Positions 41,089-53,000 of a DNA stretch of 64,000 nucleotides are shown piece by piece; position 1 is the first letter of the stretch; each line of letters starts with the position of its first letter. The DNA is taken from NCBI GenBank assembly GCA_051362555.1, contig CM120646.1:8866001-8930000 (forward strand), read 5' to 3'. A program made the translations under genes and the position numbers. The notes under the pieces are model-generated. The model was not told where the DNA came from and searched no databases. It worked only from the letters and a program-made list of their open reading frames with translations. The stretch comes from Lingula anatina (Eukaryota > Animalia > Brachiopoda).

Positions 41089-44000
41089 AACATGTTAAAA
41101 CATGGAATTTTTAACCATGTCAAGGTTTAACCAAGGGTAAAGGGTAAATATGATGATATGATATGAAAGTGATATTCGTTAATAGTGAAAATGATATAAA
41201 GTGACAATTAAAATTGTCAACCACACTTGAAACACCACATATATGCTTTATTTATTCATACTTTCTGCACCAGACTGAGCTGGTGAAAATGTACATAGAT
41301 AAGGTAATAGCAGCAATAATAATAATAATGATAATAGTAATAGTAAAATACATAGATAAATAGCACCAAAATTACATATATAGGAATGTACCAATTTTTC
41401 TACTATGTGAACTTAATTTTCGTATTTATAGTAATTATTGATGGACATCATGAAGTGAAAGACGTAGCACAGTTTCTTTTGTTAAAAGCAAGGTTAAGGA
41501 ATTTGGCCAAGGAGATAATCACTGTTTCGTTTGGATTGTTCATTATAAAGTGGAATTTATCTTTGTTGTTTAAATGTGCAAAGCATGTGTGTCTGCTATG
41601 TATTATTTTAAAGAGTTCTTTTCTGTGATCTGTATACAGAGGGCAGGTAATTAAGAAGTGCTCTTCATCCTCTATAACTCAAGAGTGGCAGATTTGGCAT
41701 ATTCTATATTCGACTGGTGTTGGTTTACCCTTGACGTGGCGACCTGGTTCTATGTGCAAATTGTGGCTGCTGATTCTGAATTTGGTTAGGGTTTGACGTT
41801 TTTCTTAATCTTGTATTATATCAAGGTATTTTTCTTTCTCAAAATGAAGTTTGAAAGTTTTATACCTTCTCAATTTGACATTTTCTTGTGATATTCTACT
41901 ATGCCAAAGTTGTATACTACTGTCTCCAAGTCTAACACTAAAAATTTCCATGAAGTTTTTGTCTACTTTCTGTTTGAGCCATATGTCTCCAAACCCATTT
42001 TCTACAAGAATTTTCTTTACTCCTTCACTCCATGACATACTATGGCGTGTGTTGTGAAGGTTAGTATTTGACAGAAGATCAAAGTGTTTTAGTTCATGCA
42101 AGTATGCCCATTTTAGTAGAACACCATCATCTAAGTGTAAAATTTTGACCCAGTATTTGATTACTTGTATTTGGATTTTTGTGTAGCTTGGTAGGTACCC
42201 AAGTTCTCATCGGACAGCATAATTACAAGACTTACAATGCACCCCTAAAAGCTGCTTGCAAAATTGAAGATGTATTTTTTCTATTGGCGATTTATCATTA
42301 AATGGAGTGAAACCCCATATTTCTGCTCCATATGTTGCAACTGGGGAAATCAGTGTGTCATAAAGCTTTTCTTTTACGGAGGTGGGAATGGTACTAGCTA
42401 GAGGAAGATTGCGCTTGAGACTAAAAAAGGCCTTTTGTGCTCTGTCATGTAGATTTTGTTGTGCAGGGGCTAGCGAGCCGGATCTTGTGAAGAGGAGACC
42501 AAGGTATATGTAGCTTGTTGCTACTGTTACCAACTGGTTATGGAAATAAAAATTTTCTGTATTAACCCTAGTGTGACCATGTATTTTTCCCTTACTATTA
42601 AAAACAACAACTTTTGTCTTTTTTACGTAAACAGATAACATCCATCTGTCACAGTATTCTTCCAAACATTTTAAACTGTACTGAAGGCCTGAGGCGCTTT
42701 CCGAAAACAAAACTAGATCGTCGGCATAGAAAAGACCAGTAACAGGTTTTCCATCAAGTGATGGAGCTTTGCTTTGGGATTCATCTATAAGTCTAAGTAT
42801 GTCATCAATGTATATATTAAAAAGGAAGGGGCTCAGTGTATCTCCTTGCTTAACTCCTCTAAATGTTGGGAAAGAATCTGTCAGTCCATGAGTAGTTTTG
42901 ACACATGCGGTGGAGTTTTCGTATATTAATTTTATGTTATTGTAGAATTTTCCACCTACATCTAGATTAAGCAGTTTGAAAAGCAGACCATTCCTCCAGA
43001 CACAGTCAAAGGCCTTACTGAAATCCACAAAACATGTATACAACCGTTTTTTTGACCTTGAGAATTTTGTTATCAGGGATTTTAGTATAAATAGATTATT
43101 TGAGGTATTGTAGCCATCCCTGAATCCAGCCTGGTTAGCTATGGGAACATTCTTTTCTGTACAGAAAGCTTTCAGTCTGTTCAAGAGAAGGGAATTGTAA
43201 AGTTTGCTGACACAACTTGAGATGGAAATACCACGATAATTGTCAACCACACTAGGATCATATAAATATATACATAAAGTTTGTGTTAAATTTCTATTAC
43301 AGTTGAGTCCTGAGTATTTCCTAAGGCATAAATATTGAAATGATTTTTTTTCTGCAACTGACTCATTAGAGAGAAGTTGTGTATCTGCCAAAAGTGTAAA
43401 TGTACTTTTCATTCTTTCTATGAACTTGGGTGTTGAATTCAGATATGCCTACATAACCACATACACCAATGCATGTTCAGTTACAGAGTTACAAAAGTAC
43501 TAAAAATATGTTTTACTCACATACAATAAGTTATCTCATGGTTGTAAATGTGTAGCTGATTCCCATTCAGTTTGTAAGAGCTATGAAGCAAGAGATTCTT
43601 TTTCTATTATTTTATAGGTTAAATAGGGGAATCTAACGTAAGACTAACAGTTATCAAAGGTACCAAGTTCCTTTATTTTTTGCTTTGTTCTGTAATGAAT
43701 CTGTGTGGAAGCTAGTAGTAATTAGATTAATTTAATCTTAGCTAATTAAGATCATAGGTATTTTGTTTGAAAAAAGTCAACCTGGTACAGATATTCTGTA
43801 AAAAGAGAAGAAATGTTATCATTGCACTTCTCTTCAGTAGCCATGGCTTCCTAATTTCACTGGTTTTCTGACAACTTGATTAAAGCATATCAATACATTA
43901 TATAAAGAGTAAAACAGTAAAGAGTTTAAAGCTAGGCTGAGCAAGTTTGAACATGTTCCAAAAGTGCTATTTTCTCGTGCAAAATTTCCTCAAATTTTTA

Positions 44001-47000
44001 CTAATGATACAATCCTTAGATAATAGTGTTTTTGAGTGTATCTGTTGTCATAAATTACATCCCAGTCTAATAACTGAGCTTTGACATCTTAAGACAAATG
44101 AATGTGTCTTATTTAAACTTGTTACCATGCTCAACATTAACTCTGCAGCTATCTCCATGTTGTAAGTAAAGTCCAGATCATTCTAATCATGTCCAGTTGT
44201 ATTTTCTGTAATGTCAGGAAGATGGGCACAGCAATTTTTATGGTTTTTAAAACATTCACTATTAAATTGTTCTTATTCTTTTAAAATGGTATAAAACATT
44301 GAATCTAAGTGCAGGGTACAGGTTTACCAAGCGCTTGTACTATGAGAAAGATACTTTTTTCCCCCCATGAAAATTTCATTTGGCAAGAAAACCTTACATA
44401 TACGGATGAATATTTTATGTTGATTTTTAGTGATGCTTAAGTTCAGCTCCCAGTAGCAGTTACAAAGCACTACTTGAGGCTTTCAACCTCATCAACTTGG
44501 CAGTAAATAATAATATACTTCATTTAGAATAGTGATAAGTTAAGATGCATTTGGATTAAAGGGATAATAACTCTTTGTATGAGATCTATATTTCACAATA
44601 AAAACATTGTAAACAACTCATAGAAATATGATATATTTTGTTTTACCACAAAAATGAAGTTATAGCTATTATTCTGATATCCGAGCTTGTCATTGGACCT
44701 TGTGATCTCCATAGATGGCTATACTCTGTAATAATCTCTTTAAAAGATTATTGAAAAAAAAACTTTTTAGAAGAAAAAAAACCAACAGGGACTAACTTTG
44801 AATGTAGAAATGAATTCATTAACCATTGGTAATTATGGGGGAATTGTTGTTTGCTCAAGTCTGGGAAAATCCATTTTTTGGCCAAAACAAATAGTTATTA
44901 TCCTTTAAATGTTTTACCAAAAACCAACTGAATGCAACCATATAGTTTCAGATACTTAAAGCAATACCAAAAGACATTTTATATTACCCATAAATAATGT
45001 GTGAATGGTGTCTTTTGCCTGTTTTCTAAGCCATATATAAACAGGACTGATAAGTAGCCTAGATAAGTAGGCCAAATTTACCACCAACAAATAAAAAAGG
45101 TACATTTTAACATTTTAAGTGTTTTTTATGGGTGATAGGTGATTAATTTGGTCTGTCTTTTGCCATGTTGACTTACCTTCACTAAATACAAGTAACTAGT
45201 AGAATTGGTTTACATGGGTTACTGGGAATTCACTCTCCACTGATTCTCAATTAACATGTACCTTTATGTTTTTTTCAGTTCACTTCTTCTTAGTCATGGT
45301 AGTTTGTGGAAGGACTCTTATCATACAGTTGCACTCAAAAAAAAATACTGTTTACCACTCTTTCATTTTCTATTAGATTTTATCCCTTTTAACCAGCTTG
45401 TTATATTCTTGGCAATAAATATAGTATTTTTATTCTTTTCTAGATGCCTCGCTTGAAAAAACAAAGTTTGACTACAAGAAGGGCACTACAGAAGAAAAAG
45501 ACCAAAGAAAGTAGACAGAGGGTGGCTGAGGCAAACAGGCCTCTTACTGTGTCTGCTTCGGCAGCCACGCCCACTTCGGTGGGAACTGTGTTGTCTGTGG
45601 CTACTTCGGTAGCCACGCCCACCTCGGTGGGAACTGTGTTGTCTGTGGCTACTTCAGTAGCCACGCCCACCTCGGTGGGAACTGTGTTGCCTGTGGCTAC
45701 TTCGGTAGCCACGCCCACCTCGGTGGGAACTGAGTTGACAGAGTTTACTGAGTTGACAGAGTTTACTGAGAATACTGAGTTTACTGAGATTACTGAGACA
45801 ACTGAGATTACAATTGATTCAGATGATACTGTTCATGCAGCTCATAAAGATGCTACAGTTGATACAGATGTTACAGATGCTACAGTTGATACAGCTGTTA
45901 CCGATGCTACAGTTGATAAAGATGTTACAGTTGACACAGCTTATCCTGAAATGCCTGTCAGTTTGAGTGCCACTATTGCTGCAGATCCTTCAAGTAAGTT
46001 TATGAAATATTCAGATCCTATTGCACCATCAGATATGTCAGCCTTACTCATTAAGTCAAAGATGCCAGTCAACCCAAAGCTCTCAGCAGTACCCCACAAA
46101 TTAAAGAAAAAATCAGTTCCTTCTGAAATTCCAAAAAATGATCCCAATATAATGATTTTAAAAACATCTCTAAAACCTTCGGAAAAGAAAGTTCATGTCA
46201 GAAAACTTGATACAAGATTTAGAAAAAATTCAAAAACGGGTTTAATTGACAAAGATGCCAATTCATTTCAGTACAGAAAAGTACCTTTGACAAAACACAC
46301 TGGTAATTCCATTACCTCTGATTCCATCTCTTCCTTTTTTGATAAAACAAATTTGCACAAACCCCACATGAAAATGCTACATGATGAAATGAAGAAGCAG
46401 TTAAAATGGACAGAAGACAAACAACAAAGCAAAACTGACACAGTGAGAAAAACTCTCTTGGATAGTTCACTTATGGAAAGCAGTGGCACTGACAGAAATG
46501 TTTTGAAAAGAAAGAAGAATAAAATCAGAATGCGACTTCTTAGGTCTGATCCTAAATACAGGAAAACGGAACAAGAATCTCAGAGACTAAAGCGTTCTCA
46601 TTCTGATGTGAAGTCCAATATTCTAAAGCAAAAGCAGTTGAAAAGGTCTGATCCTCATTACAGGGAAACTGAACAAGAAGCCCAGAGACTAAAGCGTTCT
46701 CAGTTTCATATGAAGACCAATATTCTAAAGCACAAGCAGTTGAAAAGGTCTGATCCTGATTATAAATGTACTGAGAAAAACCAAAAAAGATTAAAAAGAA
46801 CTGATCCTAAGTACAGGGAAAATGAACAAGAAGCCCAGAGACTTAAACGTTCTCAGTCTGCTGTGAAGAATAATATTGTAAAGCATAAGCAGTTGAAAAG
46901 ATCTGCTCCTCATTACAGGAAAACTGAACAAGAAGCCCAGAGACTGAAGCGTTCTCAGTCGGATGTAAAGGCCAATATTGTAAAGCACAAGCAGTTAAAA

Positions 47001-50000
47001 AGGTCTGATCCTCAGTACAGGAAAACTGAACAAGAAGCTCAGAGACTGAAGCGTTCTCAGTCAGATGTAAAGGCCAATATTGTAAAGCACAAGCAGTTGA
47101 AAAGATCTGATCCTCAGTATAGGAAAACTGAACAAGAAAATCAAAGACAAAAACGTTCTCAGTCTGATGTGAAGAACAAAATTCTAAAGCATAAACGGTT
47201 GAAAAGATCTAATCCTGATTACAAAGTTACTGAGAAATACCATAAAAGGTTTAAAAGATCTGATCCCAATTTCAGAATATGTGAAAGGAAGAGTGATGCA
47301 GTTTCTAAGCGTAATAAGAGACAGAAAATCAATACTTCTCTTCAAGAATTGATACAACAGTTCCACAAAAAAGTTGCTGAAGGTTGTACTTACACATGCT
47401 GTGTATGTCAACAACTCTGGTACAGACATTCTGTCATAAATAGAGAGCCTATTTTGAATATACAGAATAATGCAGTTAATCAATGCAGAGAAGCTGGTGA
47501 TTTATTCAACAGTAATTGGATGTGTCAAACATGCGCTTCTCATTTGAAAAAGAACAAAATACCTCCATGTGCTATTGTGAATAGCATGTCATTTCCAGAA
47601 AAACCCAGTTTCTTGGATTTAAAACCTTTAGAGTGGAGATTAACTAGCCCAAGGTTAGTTTTCATGAAGCTTCATCAAGCTCCACGTGGAAAACAATACA
47701 AATTAGAAGGGAATGTTGTAAACATACCAGCAGATGTAACATCCACTGTAACAAAGTTACCAAGAACTGAGACCGACAGTTCAACAATTAAAGTTCAACT
47801 GAAAAGAAATGTGAAATTTAAGAGTTATGCATATGCTCAGAATGTAAGGCCAAACAAAGTACTTGAAGCAGCAAATTGGTTAACTGCTAATGGAAAACTG
47901 TATCAAGAAAAAGGAATAACTGTAGACCCAACATGGAAATTAGAAGATAATCCCTGCAGCTCTAGCACATTAGAACAAACGGAAAAGGGGCATACAACTG
48001 TGAATAACTTGAATGAGGAACAAATACATAACTTACTAAAAGAATTTGTTTGTGTTGAGTGCCCTTCTGATTGTAGAAATATCCAATTTTCTGAAGAAGG
48101 GCACCTTATGGATCAGGATGGTGATTTTGCAGATGAATTCTTTGTCATTTTAGACAAGCCATATAAATATGACCCATCTGTTAATGTTGACAAATTTGTG
48201 GCTACTATTCAAAGTGAAAGAAAAATCAATGGTACCTCACAACACCCTCATGTTTTAGAAGTACCTGCATTCAAATCACAAACCAGAGGCAGATCAAGAT
48301 ATCGCATGAAGACAAATAGAATCAGAGATTCTAGTAGAGTAGGAATTGAAAAACTCCTTGCTTATAAGCGTCACCATGTACTTAGAAAATACAAGCATTT
48401 GAAACTAAGTTATTATGGCTTGTTCAAAAGAAAAAAACAAGGTAAAACATGGTACTCAAGATACTTCAGGACTGTAAAAAAAATTCGACACAGAGTAAGA
48501 TATGTTTCACACTTACAAAAAGAGTTATCATACATACAGCAACGACATTTATTACCTCAGTTTTGTGAATCTGAAAATGAGGTACAACATATACAGACTG
48601 ACGATACTTTATTTTATTTTATGCCTGTAGATGCCCTGTGGCAAGAGAAAATGACTGACGAACTAAATTTACAATTGAAGCGTCCTCACAATTGGCCTGA
48701 TACTAATCATAATATTCTCTTGACAAAACCTAGCCAGTTAAAAAAAGTTATTGGAGATGGAAATTGTTTTTTTCGAAGTTTGTCTTTTGCCATTACTGGT
48801 TGTGACACATTGTACAGTGACGATCACATTATACTTAGAAACAGAATCACCAGTCATATGAAGCAGCTTGAGTATGCTTTTTCAAGTAGTATGTTAGGTG
48901 ATAATGACAGGACATCAGCAAATTATGTAAGAAGAACAGGCATGAATAATGTAAATGTTTGGGGTACTGAAACAGAAATACTTGCTGCAGCACATTTACT
49001 ACAAACTGACATCTATGTCTACTGCAAGCCTGCCAGCTCTTGGAAATGGTTAAAGTATTCAGCTAAATTTCTTGATCAGAACAATCATTCACATGAGACA
49101 GCCATTTACCTGCAAAACACTAATTCTGATCACTATGACGTAGTGCAAAATGTATGCGACTTATCATTACCTGCTAATGGCATAAGCAAGAACTTACTGC
49201 AAAAGGAGGAGGTGACACGGGCTAATTCAGGTAGAGATAAATACTCACAGTCAAATGATACTGAAGATTGGGATGAAATTGATGACAAAGAAATGAAACC
49301 TGGTATAAGAGATACAATGTTAACAGGCAGAGACTTCTTGGAAGACACAGAGAGAGAGAAAATTTACTCTTTTGCACCTGGTCAAGAGGGTCAGCCGCTC
49401 AGCATATTTAGAGATGAACACTGTGAAGAACTGGCTTTTCCAGAAATATTTCTTGGCAATGCACGGCCTGCAAATAAAAGCAGACTTGTTCCCGTACACT
49501 ACAGTGACATCTGCAAGTCTGAATTAAGACGCAATGACAGAAGAGCATCAATGTGTGTTGACAACATATTTTTTAAGGCAAAAAAATTGCAGATGAAAAG
49601 ATTGATTGGGTCAACTGCTCTTGCTGTAAGAAAACATAAAACAAATGGAAAGAAACTCACTGCAGGAGATTTTAAACAGTCTGGAGCTGTTGAGAAACTT
49701 TTACATTTTGATGAAGGTTATACATTCTTAAGAGGAGTTCGTGGTTCCCCCCCATATTTTGAGAAAGCAAAGAAAGATTTATTTGCAATGATACGCCAGC
49801 TAGGATCAGCAACTTTTTTCTGCAGTTTTTCTTCTGCTGAAACAAAATGGAATCATTTACTCAGAACTCTGGGTAAATTGGTAGATAATAAAGATTATTC
49901 AGATGCACAGCTAGAACAACTCAGTTGGGATGAAAGATGTCGCTTGATTCAGAGTGATCCTATTACTTGTGCACGACATTTTGATTATCAAGTGCAGTGT

Positions 50001-53000
50001 TTGATACATCATTTTCTGTGCCACAAGGTAGCACCATTAGGTAAAATACAAGATTTTTTCTACCGTGTAGAATTTCAACATAGAGGTAGTCCACATATTC
50101 ACATGCTTCTTTGGATAGAAAATGCACCTATATACGGTGTCAATTCTAATGAAGAAATTATACAATTTGTTGATAACACAATTTGCTGTAGCAATCCAAA
50201 TGAAGATGATCCATTAAAAGAACTTGTATCTTATCAGACACATAAACATACAAGGACATGTATAAAAAATTTGAAAAAATCTTGTAGATTCCATTTTCCT
50301 CAGCCTCCAATGAAACAAAGTGTAATTTTGACACCCCTTGATGATGCCTCTCAGAAGAAAGAATATGCAAAAATTTGGAAGCAAATTCATAATATTATAA
50401 ATGACAGAGATTTCACAGGCATTAGTCTCACATTTGAAGATTTTTTAAATAAAGTGCAAGTCTCAGAAAAAGATTATATCTTGGCAGTGAGATCTACAAT
50501 CAAGACTGATACATTGTTCCTAAAAAGACTCCCAAGTGAAATTTGGATAAACAATTATTCCAGGTCATGTTTACAAGCATGGAGAGCAAATATGGATATT
50601 CAGTTTGTTTTAGACATATATGCTTGTGCAACATATATTGTAAATTACATTTCCAAAGGACAAAGAGGCATGTCTGATTTACTTTATCAAGCTTGCAAAG
50701 AAGCTAGAGAAGGTAACAGTGACATAAAACAGCAAGTCCGTCACATTGGAAACAAATTTCTTAACAATGTTGAAATTTCTGCTCAAGAAGCTGCTTACAT
50801 CACTTTACAATTACCCATGAGAAGAGCATCTCGTTCATTTGTATTCATTAACACCACACCCCCTGAAGACAGAGTACGATTGCTTAAACCTCTGGAAGAA
50901 ATAAAAGAATTAGAAGATGAATCTGACAATATTGAGTCTAGCAATCTCTTGAAACGTTACAGCAAACGCTTACCTTCTTTAGACAATGTTTCCCTTGCAG
51001 ATTTTGCTGCATATTATGACAACAATTTAAATGTTATGAGTAGAAGCAAGAAGAAATCTTCTAGGTTATTAGATACAGATGGCATGCCCTTGGAGAAGCA
51101 CGACCTTGATAATTATGAGGATGATATTCAAGACATTCCACATGAAACAGACATTATAAAACGAAAAAAAGCAAAAATTATTCGCAGTGTTTGGTTCAGT
51201 AAGAGTTTATATCCTGAAAAACATTACCGTGAGCTTTTGATGTTGTATATTCCATGGAGAAATGAAGAATCTGACATTTTACAAAATTTCGAAAGTTATG
51301 AACAGAGATGTACACATTTGGAGAATGAGATTTGGGAACAACAGAGATTGTATTCTCCATCTCAAGATGAATTGCAAAGAGCAATGACAGATCTTAATAA
51401 CATGGATAGTGAGGATGATGATATGTGGGCCACTGTTGCACCAAATACTGAGTGTCAAAATGAAGCTGATCAATGTGAACCAAGTGATGTGGTGCAGTCT
51501 TCTGATGGTCTGTCTTATGATTTAGCAGAAGATTTGGGTATACATGTATCTGCCAAAAGTTGCACTGAAGAAGAAATTGTCAATAAAGAGATGTCTGATA
51601 TCAGTTACTTTCAAATGATTAGAAACATGAACAAACAACAGTTGGAGTTTTTCCATCATGTTTTACATTTAATCAAGTCCAATTCTGATCCGTTTCATAT
51701 ATTCCTGTCTGGAGGTGCTGGTGTAGGGAAATCATTTGTCACCCGTGCTCTATATCAGGGTATTTTGAAGCATTTGTCAAGTTTACCTGGTGAAGACTTT
51801 CGGACAATTAGAGTTGCTTTGGTTGCTCCTACAGGAAAAGCTGCTTATAATATTGGTGGCCATACAATTCACAGTTTACTGAAAATTCCAGCAAATCAAA
51901 GTTTCAAATACAAAAGACTCAGTCCTGATGTGCTAAATAGTTTCAGGTGCAAACTTGGATCACTTAAAGTTCTCTTTATTGACGAGGTTTCAATGGTTGG
52001 GAGTAAAATGTTAAGTTTCATCAATGAACGGCTCAAAGAACTGAAAAACAATGACAGACTGTTCGGAGGTGTTAGCATTGTGGCTATAGGTGACCTTTTT
52101 CAACTGAAGCCTGTGTTTGATAACTGGATATTTGAAAATCCTGACAATGACTATTGTCCATTAGCTACTAATCTGTGGCAGAAACATTTTTACATGTATG
52201 AACTGACCCAGATCATGCGTCAAAAAGACAGTAAAGAGTTTGCAGAAATTTTAAATAGGCTTAGAGAAGGAAATCATACAGACAAAGATATAAAAATTCT
52301 CAGTGAACGTCAAGTTGATAAATCAAAAACTAACCGACAACCATTACTTCATGTTTTCCAAACAAATGCACTGGTTGAACATTTCAATCATGCAAATTAT
52401 CAAAATGCAAAAGGAGAAAAATTTCAAATTGCAGCCACTGATACAATCACTGGGCCTGTACCAAAACATTTAGAAAACAATATCAGAAAGCAAATTCCAT
52501 TTGATCATAAAAAAACCATGAATTTACGAAGGATTCTGCATATTGCAGTTGGAGAAAGAACAGAAATTGTCCTGAATGTTGACACAGAAGATGGCATTAC
52601 TAATGGTGCACCAAGTGTTATTAAACTGGTAGATTTAGACAGACAAATAATTTGGGTACAATTTGATGCAGAGGACATTGGCAAAAATGCCAGAAGAATG
52701 AACAAACCGTTATACAGTAGCATTATTTCAAAAACATGGACACCTATCTTTCCTGTAAAAAGACAATTTCACCTGGGAAAAACAGGACAATATCAAGTCG
52801 TGAGAAAACAATTTCCACTACAGTTGTCTGCTGCAAAGACAATACACAGATGCCAAGGTGACACATTGAAAGAATTAGCTGTAGATCTCAGTGGTAGAAA
52901 AAATGAACACATGCATTATGTTGCACTAAGTCGTGTAGAAAAATTAGAAGGATTACATATTTTGGAATTAAATGCTGGTAAAATATGCATTTCTGAAAAA

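Noticed and set aside
43266-43412. N-terminus of the 401-aa RT ORF
   Set aside because: Non-homologous flank read through in frame; LINE homology starts near [10 protein letters not shown].
34729-45444. In-frame cyclophilin-RepHel fusion protein
   Set aside because: The donor at 34729 is phase 2 and the ORF acceptor is phase 0; the join stops within four codons.
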